Below, piece after piece: positions 41,036-50,784 of a DNA stretch of 64,000 nucleotides. The notes under the pieces are model-generated. The model had not been told where the DNA came from. It did not search any database and was given only the letters and a program-made list of their open reading frames with translations. Made by a program: the position numbers and the translations under genes. Source of the stretch: an uncultured Candidatus Rokubacteria bacterium (GTDB taxonomy: Bacteria > Methylomirabilota > Methylomirabilia > Rokubacteriales > CSP1-6); contig CAVWWD010000003.1 in NCBI GenBank assembly GCA_963758635.1, positions 32,001 through 96,000 of the forward strand, written 5' to 3'. How positions within the stretch are numbered: the first letter of the stretch is position 1; each line of letters starts with the position of its first letter.

Positions 41036-41968
41036 CTATGGCTGCGCCGCCGCGAGCGCGGCGGCCTTCCTGCGCTCGGTCTCCTCGATCAGGCGGGCGC
41101 GGGCCAGGATGACCTCGGCGCGCTTGTAGACGGGGATGTCCACCATCTTGCCGTCGAGGTTGACGGACGCGGTGCCGCGGCGGAGCCCCTCCTCGAACGC
41201 CTCGACCACGCGCCGCGCGTACTCGACCTTGGCGGGATCGGGCGAGAACACGCGGTTCAGCACGGGGACCTGGTCGGGATGGATGCAGCCCGCGCCCTCG
41301 CAGCCGAGCTGGCGGGCGCGCGCGGCGCCCGCTTCGAACGCCGGAAGATCGCGGAAGCCCGCGATGCTGCCCATCAGCCCGGTGGGCTGGATGCCCGCCA
41401 CCTTGCAGATCGTCACCACGCGCGACACCGCGTAGAGGAGCTCGATGCCGTCGGCCGAGGGCTCCACGCCCAGCTCGAGGCAGTAGTCCTCCACGCCCAC
41501 GCCGAGGGTGGCGATGCGCGGGCTCGCCGCGGCGATGGCCTCGGCCTGGAGCAGGCCGCGCGGCGTCTCGATGGCGAGGGACAGCCGCACGTGCCCGGGC
41601 GTCAGGCCGCGCTCGCGCTCGAGCCGCTCCACGCGCTCGACCAGCTCGCGGATCTGGTCGGGCGACTCCGCCTTCGGCAGCGCGATGCCGTCGAGCCCGG
41701 GATGCACGGCGGCGTCCACGTCGTCCCAGAGGAGCGCGGCGTCGTTGTTCACCCGGACCACCACCTCGCCGCCGCCCCGGCCGGCCAGCGGCAGGGCGTC
41801 CTTCACGAGGCGCCTCGCGCTCGCCTTCTCCGCGGCGGGCACGGAGTCCTCCAGGTCCAGCGTCACCGCGTCGGCGCCGCGGAACGCCGCGCGCTCCACG
41901 AAGCGCGGCACGTTCACGGGCAGGATCAGCGACGAGCGTCGCGCGCGCTTGCCGGCCGGAGCGCTCAT
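41036..41968 (-). CDS. CitE-like CoA ester lyase (HpcH/HpaI aldolase/citrate lyase family)
   Basis: RSSLILP, DLEDSV, VRVN, PKAE, IETPRG, CIHPDQ, GKMVD. Confidence 0.9.
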   Translation of the reverse strand: MSAPAGKRARRSSLILPVNVPRFVERAAFRGADAVTLDLEDSVPAAEKASARRLVKDALPLAGRGGGEVVVRVNNDAALLWDDVDAAVHPGLDGIALPKAESPDQIRELVERVERLERERGLTPGHVRLSLAIETPRGLLQAEAIAAASPRIATLGVGVEDYCLELGVEPSADGIELLYAVSRVVTICKVAGIQPTGLMGSIAGFRDLPAFEAGAARARQLGCEGAGCIHPDQVPVLNRVFSPDPAKVEYARRVVEAFEEGLRRGTASVNLDGKMVDIPVYKRAEVILARARLIEETERRKAAALAAAQP

Positions 41969-43183
41969 ATCGTCCCTTCCGCGGCGAGGGCCCGGATCAG
42001 CGAAGGCGCGTAGCCGATGCGCCCGTAGATCTCGTCGTTGTGCTGGCCGATGGTGGGGGCGGGCGTGCGGAGCACGCCGGGCGTGCCGGAGAGCCGGGGG
42101 ACGACCGCGTGCATGGGCAGCTCGCCCATGTCGGCGTCGGGCGCGGTCACGACGATGCCGCGCTCCTGCACGTGCGGGTCCTCCAGGAACTGCGCGATGT
42201 CGTACACGGGGGCGGCGGTGACGCCCGCCTCCTCGAAGAACCGGATGGCCTCGGCGAGTGGGCGCTGCTTGATGAACCCGCCGACGATCGCGTCCACCTC
42301 CTCGCGCCGCTTGATGCGCGCGGCGTTGGTCTTGAACGCGGGGTCGTCGTTCAGGTCGCCGCGGCCGATGGCCCGGAACAGGCGCTCGGTCATCGCCTGG
42401 GTCGAGGCGGAGATGGCCACCCAGCCACCGTCCTTCGTCTCGTACACGTTGCGGGGCGAGGTGGACTCGGACGCGCTCCCCACGCGGCGGCGCACGCGCC
42501 CGGTCAGCGCGTGGATGGCCGGCTCGGGACCCAGGATCGAGAAGATCGACTCGAGCAGGCTCAGGTCGATCACCTGGCCGCGGCCGCCCCCCATCTCCAC
42601 GTGGCGCACGGCGGCGAGCGTGGCCATGGCGCCGGAGAGGCCGGCGATCATGTCGGCCATGGCCAGCGGCGGGAGCACGGGCTCGCGGTCCTCGAAGCCG
42701 TTGCGCGACGCGAAGCCCGACATGGCTTCCACCAGCGTGCCGAAGCCCGGGCGCTTCCGGTACGGGCCGGTCTGGCCGAACCCGGAGACGCGGACGACGA
42801 CCAGCCGCGGGTTTCGCTCCTGGAGCGCCTCCGGGCCGAGCGCCGAGGCGCTCGAGGTAGCCGAAGCGGAAGCTCTCGATCAGCACGTGGAAGTGCGCGG
42901 CGAGGTCGCCGATGATGCCGGGCGCGTCGGGCGACTTCAGGTTCAGCGTGATGCTCTTCTTGTTCCGCGCGTACACCTTCCAGTGCACGCTGACGCCGGC
43001 CTCGCGCCAGTCGCGGAGCGTGTCGCCCCGGCCCGGCGTCTCCACCTTGACGACCTCGGCGCCGAAGTCGGCGAGCTGCAGGCTCAGCATGTTGCCGGCC
43101 ACGAGGCGGGAGAAGTCGAGCACGCGGATGCCGGCGAGGGGACCGGACCGCGTGGGCTCCCAGTCCTGTCGGGGCAGCGCCAT
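41965..43183 (-). CDS. Family III CoA transferase (CaiB/BaiF; frameshift near 42845)
   Basis: PLAGIRVLD, LADFGAEVVKVE, RNKKS, SGFGQTGPY, GQVIDLSL, GQHNDEI. Confidence 0.92.
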
Positions 43184-43200
43184 TCGTCGTCCTCCTGCTC

Positions 43201-43300
43201 CAGGTTGTGAAGAAGTCCAGATCTCGACTTCGACGAAGCGGGCGAACATCGCGGTTCCGCGGACTCGCGCGACACCGTCGCGCCACTTCATCCACAAACT
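43201..43300 (-). repeat. ~95-bp dispersed IS-end-like element, copy 2
   Basis: Minus strand AGTTTGTGGATGAAGTGGCGCGACGG...CGCGATGTTCGCCCGCTTCGTCGAAGTCGAGATCTGGACTTCTTCACAACCTG. Confidence 0.75.
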
Positions 43301-43377
43301 GATCCGGTGTGATCGAAAGCGGCCCGCGCCGCGGGCGGCCGCGGCGCGGGCGTGAACCGTGGGGTCGGGAGCGGGTC

Positions 43378-44526
43378 CTACCCGAGGCTGTAGAGCTTCA
43401 TCACGTTGTCGCGCGTGATCTTCCGGCGGACGGTCTCGGACACCGCGCCCAGGTTCTTCTCGATCTTCTTCTTCGAGTCGGGCCAGATGCAGTCGGGGTG
43501 CGGGTAGTCGGCGCCCCAGATGATGTTGTCCTCGCCCACGATGGGGATGATCGGCTCGAGGAACTGGTCCTGCTGGTACGTGGTGTAGCCGTTCCGCCGC
43601 CAGTAGTCGCTGGGCTTCATGGAGAAGTTGAGCGACTGCGCGCGGTCGTAGTACTCGGTGTCGAGCCGGTCGAGCACGTAGGGGATCCACGTCACGCCGG
43701 ACTCGCCGAGGATGAACCGGAAGTCCGGGTACTTCTCACAGGCGCCGGAGGAGATCAGCGACACCAGCACCTCCATCCCGTCGAGCTGGAAGAGCGACGA
43801 GCGCACCAGACGCCACTGCGTGAGGTACTCCTTCTCCATCTCCGGCGTGTCGGGGGTGCGGAGGCCCTTGAAGCCGGTGGAGTGGAACGCGATCGGGAAG
43901 TGGCACTCCTGCGCGGCCTCCCACAGCGGGTACCAGCCGTGGTGATAGAGGGGCAGCGCCATGCGCTTGAACGCCAGGTCGCCGCCCCGGAGGCCCATCT
44001 TCGCGCAGCGGCGCACCTCGGCCGCGGCCTCGGCGGGGTCGTTGTTCGGGACGATGGCGAGCGGGAACACGCGGTTCGGGTCCGAGCGCTTGGCGAAGTC
44101 CGCGGCCCAGTCGTTGTAGACCTTGTTGGCCCAGCAGCGCTGGTTGGGATCGTTGATGAGGTCGTTGATCATCAGGCAGCCGTAGATGATCTCGGCGTCC
44201 ACGCCGTCCTTGTCGAGGTCGGCCAGCCTGAGCTCCGGCGTGGTCGGCCGGGGCTGGGCGCCGCGATGGTTGTTCCACTCGAAGCCCACCGCCTTCATCT
44301 CGTCGATGTGGCCGAACATCCCCGGCGTGTACTTGAGGAAGCCGGGCCCCACGCCGTTCCACATGCCGAGGTCCCGTCCCTCGACGAACCAGTGCAGCCC
44401 GTCCTCCAGCTCCTCGGCCCGCGGCGCGAGCAGCCGCCACTTGGCGGGCGCCTGCTCCGACCAGAGATCGGGGGGCAGGTAGGTGAGGTCGATGTGGTTG
44501 TCGCCGGAGATCAGGTTGTATTTCAC
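43378..44526 (-). CDS. Amidohydrolase_2 family protein
   Basis: ISGDNHID, YNDW, WGADYPHPD; AAGGAGG RBS with GTG start. Confidence 0.9.
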   Translation of the reverse strand: MKYNLISGDNHIDLTYLPPDLWSEQAPAKWRLLAPRAEELEDGLHWFVEGRDLGMWNGVGPGFLKYTPGMFGHIDEMKAVGFEWNNHRGAQPRPTTPELRLADLDKDGVDAEIIYGCLMINDLINDPNQRCWANKVYNDWAADFAKRSDPNRVFPLAIVPNNDPAEAAAEVRRCAKMGLRGGDLAFKRMALPLYHHGWYPLWEAAQECHFPIAFHSTGFKGLRTPDTPEMEKEYLTQWRLVRSSLFQLDGMEVLVSLISSGACEKYPDFRFILGESGVTWIPYVLDRLDTEYYDRAQSLNFSMKPSDYWRRNGYTTYQQDQFLEPIIPIVGEDNIIWGADYPHPDCIWPDSKKKIEKNLGAVSETVRRKITRDNVMKLYSLG

Positions 44527-44552
44527 CGGGGCCTCCTTGGGTGGCGCGTGCG

Positions 44553-45530
44553 CTACGAGGCGGAGGGGCTCGCGGCCTGCTGGCGCGGCGGGAAGATATC
44601 CTTGATGAGCGCCTGCGCGCGAGCCGGGTCCATGTGGTTCGCCTGCTGACACGGCGTGCTCTCCTCGAGCACGCGGTCGGGGTCTTCCCAGAGCCGGTAC
44701 GTCTTGAAGCGGTCCTCGAACTCGATGCCGAGGCCGCGGGCGAACACGGAGAGGTAGTGCTCGATCGTGATCGGCCGCTCCAGCTCGAAGGCGCAGAGCA
44801 TGCGCTGGCAGCCGTGGTAGATCGTGGCGAACGTGTCGGCGCCGCCCGCGCGGGCGCGGTCGATCTCGTCGAGCACCAGGCCGTTCCACACCGGCAGGCC
44901 CAGCTCGGCCTGGCCGGCCGCGTTGCAGATCCGGCCGAAGCGCGGCTCGGGCTCGGTCTCGACGAACGTGATGCCGGGGACGGCCTCGAGCAGCCGGCGG
45001 GCCGCCTGCCCCTCGCGCCGCCGCGCCTCGTTCTGCACGTGGGAGTGGAGCGCGACCCGCGCGTCCACCCGCTGCGTGAAGGTGAGCTCCGGGAGCTTGT
45101 CGGCCAGGAACTCGGTGGCGTGGCGGCGCGGGAACGGGAGCTGGCGCTGCTGGACCTCGTCGTAGAAGTAGATGCACGACGGGCACCACATCACGACCTC
45201 GTCGGGCTCGAAGCGCTCGAAGAGCTCCACGGTGCGCCGGTTCATCCCGGCCGCCGCGTCCTTGTCGCCCTGCCCGTGGTGGACGATGCCGCAGCAGTAG
45301 GTGGGTCCGCCCACCGCCACGTAGTCGAGCCCCAGCCGGTCGAAGATCGCGGTGACGGTGCGGATCATGTGCGAGGTGCGGAGCACGTTGCAGCCCAGGT
45401 AGAGGACGATCGAGTGCTTGTCCTCGTCGCGGCCGGGCGCGGTGAGCCGCCACGTCCGCTCCTCGGGCCGGGTGGTCAGGTCCTGGGTCCCCGTGACCTC
45501 CCCGAAATGCTTCGCGTAGTCGTAAGCCAT
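44553..45530 (-). CDS. CCG-domain (HdrB/GlpC-like) Fe-S protein
   Basis: YLGCN...YCCG...WCPSC; degenerate second repeat (HSH...IC...YHGC). Confidence 0.8.
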   Translation of the reverse strand: MAYDYAKHFGEVTGTQDLTTRPEERTWRLTAPGRDEDKHSIVLYLGCNVLRTSHMIRTVTAIFDRLGLDYVAVGGPTYCCGIVHHGQGDKDAAAGMNRRTVELFERFEPDEVVMWCPSCIYFYDEVQQRQLPFPRRHATEFLADKLPELTFTQRVDARVALHSHVQNEARRREGQAARRLLEAVPGITFVETEPEPRFGRICNAAGQAELGLPVWNGLVLDEIDRARAGGADTFATIYHGCQRMLCAFELERPITIEHYLSVFARGLGIEFEDRFKTYRLWEDPDRVLEESTPCQQANHMDPARAQALIKDIFPPRQQAASPSAS

Positions 45531-45666
45531 CGCGTCCTCCGTGACAGCGAGAGCGGCTCTTCACGACCGACGATCGCCGAGCCCGGCGATCACGAGAGTC
45601 CGCTGGACGGTGCGGGCGTGGCGAAGCCCGGGTGCCCGCACCCCGAAATGGTAGGCTCCTGCAGGG

Positions 45667-46698
45667 ATGCAAGTCAACGCGCGGACTCCTCGCCGGACGA
45701 CGCCGCTTTCCACCTGGTTCGCGGGCCCGGGCGCCGAGGAGCGGTTCCGGCGCCGGACGCTCGGCCGGGCGCCGGCAGTGCTGGTCCCCCGTGACGCCGA
45801 GTGGCGAACCATCGCGCCCGGCGTTCGCGCCTGGCCGGCCATCGCCGCCGAGGGCCTGCCGTTCCAGATCGCCGCGGATCGCCGCTACGACCGGTCGGGC
45901 GATCCCCGCCGGCTCGGCCCGGCGCTCGCGGCCGGAAAGACCGTGTTCTTCCCGCAGATCCACCAGGTCCTGCCGCGGCTCGCCCGCCTCATGGTGGGGA
46001 TCCGCTCCGCGTTCACCGGGCCGGGGCGCGAGGAGTGCTCGTTCCTCTTCCTCGTGCAGGGCCGGGGACGCGAGGGGCTGGGACTGCATCACGACGGTGA
46101 CGTGGACGCGTTCTGGCTGCAGCTCGCCGGGCGCCGGACGGTGACCATCGGGCCGCCGGCGCCGCGCGGCGCACCGGAGGACCTTCCCGACGACTATCCG
46201 GCGCGCTGGCCCGCCGGCGCGGTCGTCACGCTGTCGCTGGCGCCGGGCACGCTCTTCTACATGCCGCCGCGCACGCCGCACCGGGTGGTGTGCCACGGGC
46301 GCTCGCTCGCGGTCTCTCTCACGTGGGGCCGGCGCGTCGCGCGGGGCCGACGCGGCGCGGGGCTCACGGCATGGGACGTGGTCTCGGGCCGCGTAGACCG
46401 GAGGCCGCCGACCAGCCGCGCCCGGGTGTGGACGCAGGTGCCGGCCACCGTCGTCGAGCATCCGGGTGGGCACGGGCTGACGCTGTCCGTGCCCGACGGC
46501 GTGATTGACGTGCCGGCGGTCGCCCGGCCGGTAGCCCGGGAGCTCGCCCGAATGCCCTCGTGGCGGCTGCCGCTCACTTCGTCCGAGCGGCGGCGCCTCG
46601 TACCGCTCGTCACGCGCGGCATCCTGGCGCCGCGCGACCTGCCCCGCAGGATCGTGCCCGCCGACCCACGCGCGCTCGACGGCTGGCGCTTCGCTTGA
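45667..46698 (+). CDS. JmjC/cupin-4 2OG-Fe(II) oxygenase family protein
   Basis: GLGLHHD..DAFWLQLAG...LAPGTLFYMPPRTPH. Confidence 0.8.
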   Translation: MQVNARTPRRTTPLSTWFAGPGAEERFRRRTLGRAPAVLVPRDAEWRTIAPGVRAWPAIAAEGLPFQIAADRRYDRSGDPRRLGPALAAGKTVFFPQIHQVLPRLARLMVGIRSAFTGPGREECSFLFLVQGRGREGLGLHHDGDVDAFWLQLAGRRTVTIGPPAPRGAPEDLPDDYPARWPAGAVVTLSLAPGTLFYMPPRTPHRVVCHGRSLAVSLTWGRRVARGRRGAGLTAWDVVSGRVDRRPPTSRARVWTQVPATVVEHPGGHGLTLSVPDGVIDVPAVARPVARELARMPSWRLPLTSSERRRLVPLVTRGILAPRDLPRRIVPADPRALDGWRFA

Positions 46699-46756
46699 GT
46701 CACCGCGCGGGGCGCTTCCTTGCCGACCATACTCGACTCGGCTACCCTCGACGATC

Positions 46757-47322
46757 ATGAACGAGCGGCGGCATGACCTCGTGATCCGCGGCGGCACCGT
46801 GTACGACGGCACCGGCGCGCCCGGTGTCGTGGCCGACGTGGCGGTGAGCGGGGACCGCGTGGACGCGGTGGGCACGGTGCCCGCGCGAGGGGCCGTCGAG
46901 CTGGACGCGCGCGGGCAGGCCGTCGCGCCGGGCTTCATCGACGTGCACAGCCACGACGACTTCGCGGTGCTCCTCGATCCCGGCATGGCGTTCAAGGTCA
47001 TGCCGGGCTACGGGTGCTTCCCCGCGTGCTCGGCCACTACGTGCGGGACGAGCGCGTGCTGGACCTGCCGACGGCGATCCACCGGATGACCGGCATGCCC
47101 GCGGCGAAGTTCCGTCTCGCCGGCCGGGGCGTCCTGCGCGCGGGCGCGTTCGCCAACGTCGTCGTGTTCGACCCCGCGCGCATCCGCGACACCGCGACCT
47201 ACGAGGACCCGCGCCGCTTCCCGGACGGCATTCGCGCCGTCTACGTGAACGGCACCGCGGTGGCGCGGGACGGCCAGCCCACCGGCGCCCGCCCCGGCCG
47301 CGCGCTGCGCCGCGGAGCCTGA
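46757..47322 (+). pseudogene. N-acyl-D-amino-acid deacylase with a large internal deletion
   Basis: DLVIRGGTVYDGTG...APGFIDVHSHDD joined directly to YGCFPRVLGHYVRD...HRMTGMPA...VYVNG...GARPG. Confidence 0.85.
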
Positions 47323-47340
47323 GCGCGGCCACGCCCGCCG

Positions 47341-47434
47341 AGGGGATGAATGGCGTGACGACACTTCGCGTGTACGCCGAATCGCGGTGTTGGCCCGCTC
47401 GCCGACGTCGAGATCCGCATTCCGTCACCGCCTG
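47341..47434 (+). repeat. ~95-bp dispersed IS-end-like element, copy 3
   Basis: GATGAATGGCGTGACGACACTTCGCGTGTACGCCGAATCGCGGTGTTGGCCCGCTCGCCGACGTCGAGATCCGCATTCCGTCACCGCCTG. Confidence 0.8.
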
Positions 47435-47489
47435 ACCGCCGGCACGCACGATGAGGCTACCGATCCGCGCGCGAGGACCCGTCGCCGTC

Positions 47490-50400
47490 GTGATCCGCGT
47501 GCTCGTCTCGAGCTCGGCCGCCGAGCGTCTGGAGGCGGCGCGCGCGTTCCTGGCCGGCCTTCCCGCCGGAGCCGGCGCGCTGATCGTGGGCGCCTCGCGC
47601 GGCGCCGCCGACGACCTGGCGCGGGAGGCGACGCGGGACGCGGGCGCGACGTTCGGCCTCCACCGCGCGAGCCTGCTCCAGCTCGCCGCCGGCCTCGCCG
47701 CCGCCGGGCTGGCGCGCCGGGGCCTCGCGCCGTCGAGCGTGCTCGGCGGCGAGGCGCTCGCCGCGCGCGTCACGTTCGAGGCGGCCGCGGCCGGCGCGCT
47801 CGGGTACTTCGAGCCCGTGTCGCGCTTCCCCGGATTCGCCCGCGCCGTGGCCTCGACGGTCGGGGAGCTGCGGCTCGCGCGCGTGGCCCCCGGCGCGCTC
47901 GCCGGGCCGGACGGCGGCGCGGCCCACGACGTGGGCGAGCTCCTCCGGCGCTTCGAGGGCGAGCTCCACTCGGGCGGGCTGGCCGATCGCCGCACCGTCT
48001 TCGATCTCGCGGCGGACGCGCTGGCTGACGATCCGCCGCCGCCCATCGCGAGGCTTCCGCTCGTGCTGCTCGACGTTGCCGTCCACTCGCGCGCCGAGGA
48101 GATGCTCGTGCGCGGGCTCCTCGCCGCGTCGGGCCGGGCCCTCGTCACCGTCCCCGAGGGCGATCAGCGCACGCTCGGCGCGCTCTCGGGCATCGCCGGA
48201 GCGCCCGTGGCGGCCGCGCCCGCGCCGGACGCGGGCTCCGCGCTCTCGTATCTCCGGACGTACCTCTTCTCCGACGACGCGCCGGCCGTGGCGGCGCACG
48301 CGGGCGAGGCGGTGTTCTTCTCCGCGCCCGGAGAGGGGCGCGAGGCGGTCGAGATCGTCCGCCGCGTGCTCGAGGAGGCCCGCCGGGGCACGAGGTTCGA
48401 CCGCATGGCGATCCTCCTCCGCTCGCCGCAGCTCTACTCGAGCCTGCTCGAGACGGCGCTCGGGCGGGCCGGCGTCCCCGCGTTCTTCACCGGCGGCGCA
48501 CGCCGGCCCGATCCCGCGGGCCGGGCGTTCCTCGCGCTCCTCGACTGCGCGCTGGAGAAGCTCTCGGCCCGGCGCTTCGCGGAGTACCTGTCGCTCGGCC
48601 AGGTGCCGCCGCTGGCCGCCGACGGCGCTCCGGCGCCCCGCGGCGACGTGTGGGTGGCCGCCGACGAGGAGTCGCTCACGCTGGGGTCGGAGGCCACGGC
48701 GCTCGCCGCTCGCGCGCGGCCGCGACGGAGACGTCGCCGGACGAGGAGAGCGGGGAGTCGGACGCGAGCCCCGTCGTCGCCGGCACGCTCCGCGCGCCGT
48801 GGCGGTGGGAGCGCCTCCTGGTGGACTCGGCGGTGATCGGCGGGCGCGAGCGCTGGGGCCGGCGGCTCGCCGGGCTCGGCCGCGAGCTCGCCGTGCGGAT
48901 CGAGGAGCTTCGCCAGGAGGAGCCGGACTCGCCGCGGGCCGCCGCGCTCGAGCGCGACCTGGCGAACCTCGGGCACCTCGAGCGGTTCGCGCTGCCCGTG
49001 ATCGAGCGCCTCGCCGCGCTTCCCGCGCAGGAGACGTGGGTGGCGTGGATCGCGGAGCTCGAGGCGCTCGCGCCGGTGGTCCTCCGGCGGCCGGAGCGGG
49101 TGCTGGCGCTCCTCGCGGAGCTCCGCGGCCTCGGCCCCATCGGTCCCGTGACGCTCCAGGAGGTGCGGGACGTGCTGGGCGACGAGCTGGCCACGGTGGC
49201 GGAGCGGCCGCCCGCCGCGCGCTACGGCCGCGTCTTCGTGGGGCCGCTCGAGCAGGCGCGCGGCCGGGCCTTCGACGTCGTCTTCGTGCCCGGCCTCGCC
49301 GAGCGCGTCTTCCCCCAGAAGCTCCGCGAGGACCCGGTGCTGCTCGACGCGCTCCGGCGCGAGCTCGACGGCGACCTGCGAACCCAGGGCGATCGGGCCC
49401 AGCACGAGCGCCTGCTCCTCCGCCTGGCCGTCGGCGCGGCCACGCGCAAGGCGTACCTCTCCTACTCGCGGATCGAGCTGGCCGAGGCCCGGCCGCGGGT
49501 GCCGTCGTTCTACGCGATGGAGGTCCAGCGCGCGCTCGTCGGCCGGATCCCCGACCCGCAGACGCTCGAGCGCGAGGCCGCGGCGGCGGGCCAGGTGCGG
49601 CTGGCGTGGCCGGCGCCCGACGACCCGGCGAACGCCATCGACGAGATCGAGCATGACCTGGCGAGCCTCTGGAACCTCCTCGAGCGCCCGCCCAGGGAGG
49701 TGCGCGGGCGCGCCCGCTACCTCCTGGACCTGAACGAGCGCCTCGCGCGGTCGCTCCGCGGGCGGTGGGCACGGTGGCGTCCGAAGTTCACGCCCGCCGA
49801 CGGCCTCGTGCGGATCGCGGAGGGCACGCGCGAGGCGCTGGCCGCCGCGCGGCTCGACGCCCGCGCCTACTCCCCCTCCGCGCTCCAGCGCTTCGCGGTG
49901 TGCCCGTACCAGTTCTACCTCTCCGCGATCTGCCGGCTCGCGCCGCGGGAGGAGATCGCGCCGCTCGAGCGGCTCGATCCGCTCACACGCGGCCACCTCT
50001 TCCATCGCGTCCAGGCCGAGGCGCTGCGCGAGCTGCAGGGGGCCGGGCGCCTGCCGGTGTTCCGGGAGACGCTGCCTCCGGCCCTCGAGACGCTCGATCG
50101 CACGCTCGAGCGCGTCGCGGAGGAGTACCACGAGAAGCTGGCGCCCGCCGTCGAGCGTGTCTGGCAGGACGAGATCGAGTCGATCCGCGTGGATCTCCGG
50201 ACGTGGCTCGACCGCTCCGTCGAGGCGCAGGCCACCTGGGAGCCCCACGCCTTCGAGCTGGCCTTCGGACTGCCCGCCGGCCTGGGCCTCGACGCGCGCA
50301 GCACGCGCGAGGAGGTGGAGCTGCCGGGGGGCTTCCGGCTCCGGGGGATCGTGGACCTGATCGAGCAGCACCGCGGGGCGCCAGGCCCTCCGGGTCACCG

Positions 50401-50784
50401 ATCACAAGACCGGCGTCAACCGGACGGCGGCCGGCCTCGTGGTGGGAAGGGGCGAGACGCTCCAGCCCGTGCTCTACGGCCTGGCCGTCGAGCGCGTCCT
50501 CGGCACGGCCGTGACCGAGTCGCGCCTGTCCTACTGCACGCGCGCCGGCGAGTTCTCCGAGCGCGTCGTGCGAGATGACGGACGAGAACCGGCGCCGCGG
50601 CGTCGAGGTCCTCGAGACGATCGATCGCGCGGTGGCCCGGGGCTTTCTGCCTCCCGCGCCGCGGGCGCGGGCGTGCGGCATCTGCGACTTCCGCGCGGTG
50701 TGCGGGCCGACCGAGGAGCGGCGCGTCGAGAAGAAGGACCGCGCCGCTCTCGAGGATCTCGAGCGTTTGCGAGGCTGGCCGTGA
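47490..50784 (+). CDS. addB: AddB-like helicase-nuclease subunit with PD-(D/E)xK domain and Fe-S staple (frameshifted)
   Basis: [65 protein letters not shown]. Confidence 0.8.
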
